Part shown: positions 1-8,585 of the stretch, piece after piece
Layout: every line of letters starts with the position of its first letter
Numbering within the stretch: position 1 is the first letter of the stretch
Sequence record: DRR723986_7361
Direction: 5' to 3' (one strand)
DNA: 42,550 bases
Translations under genes and position numbers: made by a program
The notes under the pieces: model-generated
What the model was told of the DNA's origin: nothing
The model's database searches: none
The model's input: only the letters and a program-made list of their open reading frames with translations

Positions 1-79
1 ATCCAATAACCTAATATACTTAACAACAAGTCTTTAAAAGACAAAGATTATTGAACACAATAAAATAATAAGCTATTAA

Positions 80-2053
80 TTAAAGGAAGAAGTCCCAAAC
101 TAAACCAAATCTTACTGTAAAATCTCTATATGGATGATTTGGAGCAGAAAAATAATTATAACCTGTAAACGATGAATTAAAATGCTCTGCTTTTAAAAAG
201 ATTCGTGTTTGACGAATTTTTGCATTAATAAAAAAATCTAGTCTAGGAAAACCTCCTAGCTTAGTTTCATTTTGAGTATAAAATTCTGCCAATAATGGAT
301 CATATCCATTCATACTATACTCGGTAAAATAATTAAATATTACTCCGGTTTGAAAAGTCATTGCTTTTTTAAAAATCTGATCTGTATAATAAAGGGTATT
401 TCTGGACACAATACTTGGTAAATTCAGAACATCTTCATCACTAATTACATTTTGAAACATAATTGTATTGTCCAGAGCAAACTTTCCTACACGAAATTCC
501 TTATTAACTGTTGCTTTTAAGTATTGAATTGTATTAGAATACTGTTTTGGCCTTATTACTCTAACACCATCAACAAATCCTTCTAAACTAAAGAATGTAT
601 AATTATTAATATTGTTTATCTCTACACTAGCATCCAAATATTCATCCGATTCAATTTCAAATATTAATTGTTGCAAATTAATTGTATCGAAACTATCTAA
701 ATTGTACCAATTGTAATTTATGTAATCGCTTTGATATAATAAATAATTAAGATTTGGCAATCTAGAACTAATATTTAGAGCACCAGACAAAAAGATATCA
801 GCATTTATATCTGTAGATATTTTTGCATTTATAAAGTTACCTTTAAATGTATCGGATAAATTTAATCCAGCACGCCCTTCTATATTAAAGAATTTAATTT
901 TATTAATATACTTTGCCTCTAAAGAGGTAAAGGATTGCTTTATTCTATTAGGTATTACTTGACTCTGAAGAAGAACAACACTATTGTAACCATAATTAAT
1001 ATCAGTATATCTCACGGCAAGCCCCAGATTACCAAAAATGTTATTTTGATAGTCTACACCGAATACAATATTAAAATTTTCAAGTGTTACTTTGTCATTA
1101 ATATCATTTGAAAACGATTCACCAAAATAATCAGTGGATTGCGTGTCTTTATAAAACTGATAATACTTGTCCTCAAAAACAACTTCGTTAAAAACCTCTA
1201 ATTTGTTTGAACTTGACGAATCCTTCTCTTTTGTAATACTGTAACTATGATTTAAATAAAAGCGCTTACCAAGTAAAATATTTTCTGCATCCTCAAAATT
1301 CATATCAAATACAGAACGATCTAAAAATTCTTCATCTCCAGATTCAAAATTTTTAAGGTCTTCATCTTGAAGCCCTCCATTTTCCTGATTAAGTATATCC
1401 TGCATTACAATATGACCAACCGCCTTATATCTATTGTTTTTGGTTTTATAATTTGATGTAAATCTAAAATTACCAGAACTTGTTAAAGCATTTTGATAAT
1501 TACCTAATGATCTTAAACCTTTATATGCTAATGAAAAATTAAACTGTTTAGAGAGATTCACTGCAAAAGCAGCGTCTAGCATTTGACCTTGCTCAAACGC
1601 AGTCTTATAAGTTAGCCGCGTCCAAGGAGTAGGTACTTCAAAATAATTAATACGGTTTTTATATAAATAATTAAAATGTCTGGCTTGTGCACCAAAACTT
1701 GGAATAGTTTTTCGACTATTTAAATTGTAATAAAGTGAATTATACGTTTGACCAATATTTGCAAAGGGAATTAGACCAAATTCATCACGCTGTAAGTAAT
1801 TAAATTTATACTCTTTTTTTATTGATAAGGTTGTATCTACTTGAATTGTATCTTTTTCTTCATCTAGAATTAAATACATATCTATAGTGGCCAATTTCTT
1901 AAATCCTTTGGCTCTTTTTGTAGCTGTTGTATCATCTCCTAAAGGATTTTGCGCAACTTTACCACTCGACCTATTTAATTTGGTTTGAGAAGATAGAGTT
2001 CCTAGAGTAAGGAACAATAATAAAAATGAAACTAATAAATTTTTATATGACAT
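80..2053 (-). CDS. Bacteroidota 'putative porin' family outer-membrane beta-barrel protein
   Basis: 657 aa with a signal peptide and alternating aromatic/hydrophobic strands. The C-terminus FPRLDFFINAKIRQTRIFLKAEH...VRFGLVWDFFL is typical of this family. Confidence 0.8.
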   Translation of the reverse strand: MSYKNLLVSFLLLFLTLGTLSSQTKLNRSSGKVAQNPLGDDTTATKRAKGFKKLATIDMYLILDEEKDTIQVDTTLSIKKEYKFNYLQRDEFGLIPFANIGQTYNSLYYNLNSRKTIPSFGAQARHFNYLYKNRINYFEVPTPWTRLTYKTAFEQGQMLDAAFAVNLSKQFNFSLAYKGLRSLGNYQNALTSSGNFRFTSNYKTKNNRYKAVGHIVMQDILNQENGGLQDEDLKNFESGDEEFLDRSVFDMNFEDAENILLGKRFYLNHSYSITKEKDSSSSNKLEVFNEVVFEDKYYQFYKDTQSTDYFGESFSNDINDKVTLENFNIVFGVDYQNNIFGNLGLAVRYTDINYGYNSVVLLQSQVIPNRIKQSFTSLEAKYINKIKFFNIEGRAGLNLSDTFKGNFINAKISTDINADIFLSGALNISSRLPNLNYLLYQSDYINYNWYNLDSFDTINLQQLIFEIESDEYLDASVEINNINNYTFFSLEGFVDGVRVIRPKQYSNTIQYLKATVNKEFRVGKFALDNTIMFQNVISDEDVLNLPSIVSRNTLYYTDQIFKKAMTFQTGVIFNYFTEYSMNGYDPLLAEFYTQNETKLGGFPRLDFFINAKIRQTRIFLKAEHFNSSFTGYNYFSAPNHPYRDFTVRFGLVWDFFL

Positions 2054-2151
2054 TATTAAGTTTAAATATAAAACACAAATATCTTTTGAATATTATAAAT
2101 GTTTTCAAAAGTAAATAATAAATCTATCTTAACAACTTTAATATTTTGTAT

Positions 2152-2183
2152 AAAAAAAGACCTGTATAAAATACAGGTCTTTT
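2152..2183 (-). terminator. Intrinsic terminator of the susC-susD-lipoprotein operon
   Basis: Perfect hairpin AAAAGACCTGTAT-aaa-ATACAGGTCTTTT. The A-run on the left is the U-tail on the minus strand, about 30 nt past the stop at 2214. Confidence 0.85.
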
Positions 2184-2213
2184 AGTTTATAAACTTTGAT
2201 TATATATTCAAAA

Positions 2214-2954
2214 TTAAGGTAATGAGAAGCTAGTACTTTCTGAACTAAATGCTTCACCACCTGAAGCTAATGTGGCACCAGCAAAAGTAATTAAACTGTA
2301 TGCACCATTACCATAGTCACAACACATTCCATCACCGAAAGCATCGTTGATTACAAAAGTGTAGTCACCAGCAGGAATACAAAAACTGATAGATAAACTT
2401 GTTTCATCTAAATCATCATAAGCACCACCTTGACCACCAGAGAAAAGTACAGCACCAGAAGCATCTTGAATTTCCCAAGATGTTTCTTCAGCATACTCAT
2501 CAAAAGTTAAATTTAATGCCACCTTATTGTCAGTACACAATTCAGTTACATTTATAGTCAAACCGTCACTTAAGTTTGCACCAGATACATCAACGAAGTC
2601 TAATACTAAAGTTTGGGCAACAAAGCCTAAATCTTCATCATCAGTTACAGTTAATGTAAATGAACCAATATTTGTGTCAGCAGGAATAGTTACACTACTC
2701 GCTACAGTATATGCAGCAGTTAAATCAGAAGCTTCATTCACCATGATATCATACGTACGAGCTGAACCAGTTTTATTAGCAGCATATACATATATTTCCC
2801 TTGATGAAGTAGCATCCTTCTCTACTTCAAAATTAGTTGGCCCATCTTCGAAGGTAACATAGTTGAAACTTGCACCATCGTTTATATCCTCTTCACAACT
2901 GTATGTGAAGCCGATAAGCATTCCTATTAAAATATAATTTAAAATTTTCTTCAT
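2214..2954 (-). CDS. SusCD-associated surface lipoprotein (Ig-like domain plus C-terminal DGMCCDYGNG domain)
   Basis: Lipobox FTYSC followed by acidic EEDIND. It lies 22 nt downstream of susD, and the sequence is beta-rich and acidic. Confidence 0.7.
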   Translation of the reverse strand: MKKILNYILIGMLIGFTYSCEEDINDGASFNYVTFEDGPTNFEVEKDATSSREIYVYAANKTGSARTYDIMVNEASDLTAAYTVASSVTIPADTNIGSFTLTVTDDEDLGFVAQTLVLDFVDVSGANLSDGLTINVTELCTDNKVALNLTFDEYAEETSWEIQDASGAVLFSGGQGGAYDDLDETSLSISFCIPAGDYTFVINDAFGDGMCCDYGNGAYSLITFAGATLASGGEAFSSESTSFSLP

Positions 2955-2976
2955 GAGATAAGTCTTGTCTTAATTA

Positions 2977-4467
2977 TTATTGGTTTTGAGTGTTGATGTT
3001 CACGTTATCTTGAATCTCTAATTCAGGAATCTCAAACGTTAAACGCTCATCATCGTAAGAAATTGGCACACCAACAAATGATAAGTGGTTACCACCTCTT
3101 ACTACAGTACCTTGATTTCTCTTAAGTGCTAAGTAAGCTTTACCTTCACCCCAAAGCTCAATACGAGTTTGTAAGTAAATTTCATCCTGTAAAGCAGTAC
3201 CAGATAAAGCATCTAAATAAGACGTATCAGGAACACGTTGAGATAATAAGTTTCTTAACATCTCTCTAGCAGGACCATCTTGACCAGACTTTGCTAAAGC
3301 TTCAGCGTTAAGTAACATCATTTCAGCTTCACGCATGTATACGTAATCTGCAGTAACAGTCTGAGAAGCACCAGCTGGTACTCTATCGTCATCATAGAAT
3401 TTGTTGATTGGCATTAAATATAACTGACCTGCAACGTTTAAGAATTGATCTTTACGTGCATCATCAGCAGGAATCGCATTAAATAAATCTTCATCCATTG
3501 CCTTAGAATCACCATAGGCAGCATAACTGTAGGAGAAATAATCAATCTGTCCCCACCAAGAAACTAGGCCTAAACCTATCTCTGGTGTAAGATCTACACC
3601 CCAAAACCATCCTGGTGTAGCAACATTATTAAAACCACCTGTAATTTCAGCAGCCCCCATTAAAGTAGCACCATTAGTTGCCATAACTTCTGAAGTTAAC
3701 TGAGCAACACGTGGCCAGTCATTACGCTTAGACGCAACAACGTAAGCTAAAATTGCTTGAGCAACTGACTTATTAACCTGAGTCTTAGATGGTCTGTTAT
3801 AACCTTCTAATAAAGTAATTGCTTTATCTAAATCGTCTTCAATCAACTCATAGATTTCAGCAGTTGTACTTTTAGGCTGAGCAGTTACCGTAGTTTCAAT
3901 AACTAATGGTAAAACTTCTGCATCTGGATAATAATCTCTACCCATGTACTGCGTTAAATAAAAATAAGAATGTGCTCTCATAGCTAAAGCCTGACCCATG
4001 ATGTGTCTGTTAACTTCAGTCTCTGGTGTGCTATTCCCACCGCCTAAGGCAGAGATTACAATATTAGCATTTTTAATAACTCTATAGTAATGTCTCCATA
4101 CTTGATAGTTATCCCCAAATGTAAAATCTTGAGTACACTGTAACTCAGTAATACTTGCTCTGTACCATCCGTAAGTACTTAATGAAAGTGCCATATCGCC
4201 AGATAACATATCACCAAAGATATCATATCCTTTGTGACCGAAATCATCATGTCCACCTGTACCTCCCGAACCTCTCGCGAAAGTAGTAGCATAGACACCA
4301 TCCATAGTACCAATAATAATCTCAGGGTTTACTGCCGCAGCATCTTGTAACTGGTTTAAGGTTACTATACTACCCTGAGGTTCCTCAACTAAGAACTCTT
4401 CTTCACAGCTAAATGTCAATGACATTATAGCTGATAACATTAATAATTTAAAAACATTTTTTTTCAT
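2977..4467 (-). CDS. RagB/SusD family nutrient-binding lipoprotein
   Basis: Lipobox LTFSC. SusD motifs GQALAMRAHSYFYL, YMREAEMMLLNAEALA and RIELWGEG. Directly downstream of susC. Confidence 0.95.
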   Translation of the reverse strand: MKKNVFKLLMLSAIMSLTFSCEEEFLVEEPQGSIVTLNQLQDAAAVNPEIIIGTMDGVYATTFARGSGGTGGHDDFGHKGYDIFGDMLSGDMALSLSTYGWYRASITELQCTQDFTFGDNYQVWRHYYRVIKNANIVISALGGGNSTPETEVNRHIMGQALAMRAHSYFYLTQYMGRDYYPDAEVLPLVIETTVTAQPKSTTAEIYELIEDDLDKAITLLEGYNRPSKTQVNKSVAQAILAYVVASKRNDWPRVAQLTSEVMATNGATLMGAAEITGGFNNVATPGWFWGVDLTPEIGLGLVSWWGQIDYFSYSYAAYGDSKAMDEDLFNAIPADDARKDQFLNVAGQLYLMPINKFYDDDRVPAGASQTVTADYVYMREAEMMLLNAEALAKSGQDGPAREMLRNLLSQRVPDTSYLDALSGTALQDEIYLQTRIELWGEGKAYLALKRNQGTVVRGGNHLSFVGVPISYDDERLTFEIPELEIQDNVNINTQNQ

Positions 4468-4483
4468 CTCGCTTTTTTTTAAG

Positions 4484-7400
4484 TTAAAATTTCAATTTTA
4501 CACCCATAGTAAAAGTTGTAACTGGTGCGTAGAACCCTCTACCACTATTACCACTCTGACTTGTTGATGGGTTAAATCCTGTTCTGGCTGTATTGATAAA
4601 CAAGTTATCGCCAGAAACATATAAATTTACTAAATCTAATCCAGTCTTATCTAAGAATTTAGAAGGAAGTGTGTATCCTAATAGAATATTATTAAGAGCC
4701 AAGAAATCAGCTTTAGTTATAAATCTTGTTGATTGAGAGCTAATATTTGGAATTGCTCTATCTGCAATAATTGGAACAGTAGTGATATCACCAGGCTGTT
4801 GCCATCTTTTTCTAATATCAACGTGTCTGTTAGTACCCGCGATACCAGAGTTATTATCATGAATTAATTCACGGTATTGGTTGTCATAAGCATAACCACC
4901 AATCTGGTAAGTAAATTGCGTAGATAAGTTCCAGTTTTTGTAACGCGCCGATAAACGGAAAGCACCAGCAACGTCAGGAATACCAGACTTTCCAATATAC
5001 TTATCAGTTGCGTCAGCATAAGTATCAGTTACTGTTCTACGAACATTAGCATCTGGGTTAGAATCTAAATATGGCGTCATATTCTGTATTGCCTCGTCAC
5101 CAGCATCAAATATTCCATCACCATTGATATCATTATAGTACTGGTACCAAAGCGGACTACCATTAGAAGGATCTACACCAGCGTACTCACGCATGTAGAA
5201 ATCGAATATAGACTTTCCTTCAGAATACGCATAGTTACCAGCAGCCTGATCTAATATCTTAGGCTCCCCTGTTGCAGGATCTATAGGCATGGTTATAATT
5301 TCATTATCGTACATAGAACCATTTAAAGTTACATCTAAAGTAAAGTCATCTGTATTAATAATATGACCAGTTAAATCAAATTCTAAACCGTAGTTTCTTA
5401 ATACACCGTCATTAACAGTTAATGTAGCGAAACCTAAAGAAGTTGGCACCCTTGTATTGAAAATTAAATTTTCAGTATCCTTAACAAAGTAATCAATAGA
5501 ACCATCTAACCAGTTACCCAATCCAAATTCTAAACCAACTTGATACTGCACAGCAGTTTCCCAAGTTAAATCTGGGTTTGCAAAAGTGTTTGGTGCAATT
5601 GCAATATTCCCTGCTAAGTTAGTTGCATCAAAAGTATCTTGACCTGTGTAGAAACCAACACCATTCTCATCACCTGTTACACCATAAGAACCTTTAAGTT
5701 TTAGATATCTAAAGAAATCATTATCTGCTAAGAAATCTTCATTAGATATAACCCAAGCTGCACCAACAGAACCAAACGTATCCCATTTATTATTAGCGAA
5801 TCTAGAAGAACCATCTCTACGAATAGAAGCTGTAAAGTAATATTTGTCATCAAAATCGTAATTCACTTGACCAAAGAAAGATTCTAAAGTTCTTGCTACG
5901 GTTGTCCCGTTTGCAGGGTTGTTAGCTACGATATAGTTACTCAATTCATATATTCCAGGAACAACCGCTTTACTCTTAAATGAACTGATGTTTGATTGCT
6001 CGAAATCATTACTTTCATGTGCTACTAAAGCTTCAACAGAATGCTTACCAAAATCTCTTCTGTAACGTAATAACTGTAAGAAGTTCATTGTAAACGATTC
6101 TGTATCTGACTGGAATAAATCACCACCAGCAGGTTCTGCGCCACCATAGAATTGGTTAGTTGCAGACTTAAATATATTATTAGAGTATTGTGCCCCAAAT
6201 GTACTTTCAAATGATAATGCATCAGTTAAAGTAACATTTACATTAAATGTACCATTCACCTCATGTCTATCTGTACCATTGAAATCGTATAATGCCGATG
6301 CGATTGGATTAAGACCATCAGATGCTGCCCTAGATCTAGGTGCAAACCCATTATTAATACCAGAAATAGCACCATAATCGTATTGGAAACCACCAAAAAT
6401 TGGATCTGGAACTAATTCTTGATTATCGTCTCTCAAGAATACTCCGTATATAGGAGGCATCTTGTCAGCGAATTCAAATAAGTTCTCAGCACCATTCGTC
6501 TGACCATTAGTCAATTGCTCAGAATATGCATAACCTAAGTTAGCACCAACTTTCAACCAATCTTTAATCTGAGAATTTACATTTAATCTCGTTGTATATC
6601 TCTTGTATCCAGAATTGATGATATAACCATCTTCATCTAAGAAACCAGCAGACACAAAATATCTTGTGTCTTCATTACCACCACCTAATCTTAAGTTAAC
6701 CTCAGTTCTGTATGCTGGGTTAAAGGCTTCTTCTTGGTAATTCTTTGGAGTATACTTTCTTGTAACACCTGGTCTTACTTTACCTGTAGCAGGATCGATT
6801 AATTCATCACCATTTGCAACATTCCACATATTGTAAGCTGGGTTAATAATACCTGTTGGACTAAATAAGTTAGCGTTTACAGTAGCGATTGCGTTAGGAT
6901 CGTTATTTAAAATACGCTCTCTATTTACACTTGCTTCCCAAACATATCCAATAAATTCTTCAGGATTTGTGATAACGTCGTAACGATCAATTAACTGAAC
7001 GTTAATACCAGTTCTAACGTCTAACTCAATGAAAGACTCAGTAGAACTACCATTTTTTGTAGTAATTAAAATTACACCGTTAGCACCTCGAGAACCATAA
7101 ATTGCAGTTGCCGTCGCATCCTTAAGAATTGTAGTACTCTTAATATCCGATGGGTTAATAGAGTTAAGACTACCAGAGAATGGTACACCATCTACTACAT
7201 ATAAAGGAGCTCTGTTACCATTAACAGAACCAAAACCTCTAATTCTAATTGTAGAAGTAGTACCTGGTTGTCCAGATGTATTAATCACGTTTACACCAGC
7301 TGCCTCACCTGCAAGAGACTGAGAAACGTTTGAGAAATTTTTTGTCTCAATATTCTCCGACTTTACAACTGTTGCTGTACCAGCATAAGCTTTTTTCGTT

Positions 7401-7735
7401 GTAGTACCATATCCTACTACTACGACTTCTTCTAACGCATTTTCTGTTAGAGCTACGTCGTAAGTGTTGCTTGCTCCTATTGTTACTTCAGTAGGATCCA
7501 TAGCAACGTAAGAGATAACTAATACATCTCCTACATTAACTTTAATAGTATACTTACCATCAAAATCTGTTTGAGCACCTCTTGCAGTACCCTTTACAAT
7601 TACTGTAGCACCAGGAAGAGGTAAACCATCCGAAGCTGTAGTAACTGTACCTGTGACAGTTTTCTCTTGTGCAAAAGAAAATTGCATCACGAACGCCATG
7701 AAAAGCGTTAATAACCATGTTAACTTTAATTTCAT
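4484..7735 (-). CDS. SusC/RagA family TonB-dependent transporter
   Basis: N-terminal TVTGTV...PLPGATV...TDFDGKY extension, plug motifs PLYVVDGVP and LKDATATAIYGSRGANGVILITTK, RRDGSSRF, and a terminal Phe. Confidence 0.97.
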   Translation of the reverse strand: MKLKLTWLLTLFMAFVMQFSFAQEKTVTGTVTTASDGLPLPGATVIVKGTARGAQTDFDGKYTIKVNVGDVLVISYVAMDPTEVTIGASNTYDVALTENALEEVVVVGYGTTTKKAYAGTATVVKSENIETKNFSNVSQSLAGEAAGVNVINTSGQPGTTSTIRIRGFGSVNGNRAPLYVVDGVPFSGSLNSINPSDIKSTTILKDATATAIYGSRGANGVILITTKNGSSTESFIELDVRTGINVQLIDRYDVITNPEEFIGYVWEASVNRERILNNDPNAIATVNANLFSPTGIINPAYNMWNVANGDELIDPATGKVRPGVTRKYTPKNYQEEAFNPAYRTEVNLRLGGGNEDTRYFVSAGFLDEDGYIINSGYKRYTTRLNVNSQIKDWLKVGANLGYAYSEQLTNGQTNGAENLFEFADKMPPIYGVFLRDDNQELVPDPIFGGFQYDYGAISGINNGFAPRSRAASDGLNPIASALYDFNGTDRHEVNGTFNVNVTLTDALSFESTFGAQYSNNIFKSATNQFYGGAEPAGGDLFQSDTESFTMNFLQLLRYRRDFGKHSVEALVAHESNDFEQSNISSFKSKAVVPGIYELSNYIVANNPANGTTVARTLESFFGQVNYDFDDKYYFTASIRRDGSSRFANNKWDTFGSVGAAWVISNEDFLADNDFFRYLKLKGSYGVTGDENGVGFYTGQDTFDATNLAGNIAIAPNTFANPDLTWETAVQYQVGLEFGLGNWLDGSIDYFVKDTENLIFNTRVPTSLGFATLTVNDGVLRNYGLEFDLTGHIINTDDFTLDVTLNGSMYDNEIITMPIDPATGEPKILDQAAGNYAYSEGKSIFDFYMREYAGVDPSNGSPLWYQYYNDINGDGIFDAGDEAIQNMTPYLDSNPDANVRRTVTDTYADATDKYIGKSGIPDVAGAFRLSARYKNWNLSTQFTYQIGGYAYDNQYRELIHDNNSGIAGTNRHVDIRKRWQQPGDITTVPIIADRAIPNISSQSTRFITKADFLALNNILLGYTLPSKFLDKTGLDLVNLYVSGDNLFINTARTGFNPSTSQSGNSGRGFYAPVTTFTMGVKLKF

Positions 7736-7763
7736 AAAACAATTATTTGAGTTAGTCTAGTTG

Positions 7764-7771
7764 CAAACATC
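7764..7771 (-). promoter_or_regulatory. Candidate variant -7 element (GATGTTTG) of the susC promoter
   Basis: One mismatch to the Bacteroidota TAnnTTTG consensus, 28 nt upstream of the susC ATG. Confidence 0.4.
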
Positions 7772-7923
7772 TTAATTAAATATTAAATAAGCAAGTGTTT
7801 TTGCCAAAAAAATGTTAACGCTTTTGCGATTTTATCAATAATAGTTAATCCGCTTTTCGATTGATTTAAACTAGTAACTCATAACATAGATGGAGAAACT
7901 GTAAAAGGGTTGCGTTAAAATTT

Positions 7924-7931
7924 TAACTTTG
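7924..7931 (+). promoter_or_regulatory. Bacteroidota -7 promoter element for rnhB
   Basis: TAACTTTG matches TAnnTTTG, 16 nt upstream of the TTG start. Confidence 0.6.
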
Positions 7932-7947
7932 TTCAAATTTTAACATT

Positions 7948-8550
7948 TTGGCATTAAAACTAAAGTATTCAGAATTTGATTTAGAATGTGGCACCGATGA
8001 AGCTGGAAGAGGTTGTTTAGCTGGACCAGTAACAGCGGCCGCTGTAATTCTTCCTACTAAATTTAAAAATGAGCTTTTAAATGATTCCAAAAAGCTTTCA
8101 GAAAAAAACAGAACTTTGTTAAAAACTATTATTGAAAATGAAGCCGCCTCTTTTGCTGTTGAAAATATCTATGAAAACGAAATAGACCAAATAAATATTC
8201 TTAACGCTTCTATAAAAGCCATGCAGTCTTCCATTGGACAATTAAATATTACACCAGAATACATTATAGTTGATGGTAATAAATTTAAACCTTACAAATC
8301 CATACCCTATTCAACTATTATAAAGGGTGACAGCAAATACTTAAGCATTGCAGCAGCTTCAATCTTAGCTAAAACCTACAGAGATGAATATATGACGCAA
8401 ATTCATGAAGAGTTTCCAATGTATAATTGGAAACAGAATAAAGGTTACCCAACCAAGGAACATAGAAATGCAATAGAAAAATATGGTATTACAAAATACC
8501 ATAGAAAATCATTTAGATTATTACCTGAGCAGTATCGATTAGAGTTATAA
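7948..8550 (+). CDS. rnhB: Ribonuclease HII
   Basis: Motifs [36 protein letters not shown] and KGYPT..H. TTG start. Confidence 0.97.
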   Translation: MALKLKYSEFDLECGTDEAGRGCLAGPVTAAAVILPTKFKNELLNDSKKLSEKNRTLLKTIIENEAASFAVENIYENEIDQINILNASIKAMQSSIGQLNITPEYIIVDGNKFKPYKSIPYSTIIKGDSKYLSIAAASILAKTYRDEYMTQIHEEFPMYNWKQNKGYPTKEHRNAIEKYGITKYHRKSFRLLPEQYRLEL

Positions 8551-8555
8551 CTTTT

Positions 8556-8563
8556 TATATTTG
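8556..8563 (+). promoter_or_regulatory. -7 promoter element for the 783-aa lipoprotein gene
   Basis: TATATTTG, 22 nt upstream of ATG 8586. Confidence 0.5.
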
Positions 8564-8585
8564 TAACAGTAAGCTAGATTCTAAA

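Noticed and set aside
2527..2862. 111-aa antisense ORF; likewise 13023-13253, 20170-20379, 25983-26255, 26361-26600, 28646-28846, 28880-29071, 30497-30898, 35287-35535, 35838-36086, 36951-37169, 37176-37532, 39501-39689 and 40203-40520
   Set aside because: Shadow ORFs on the opposite strand of well-supported genes, with no motifs or credible starts.
7560..7742. Short alternative-frame or antisense ORFs (also 9150-9374, 14394-14588, 18232-18438, 20384-20581, 22427-22627, 23145-23333, 27382-27564 and 42239-42436)
   Set aside because: They overlap real genes and have non-protein-like composition.
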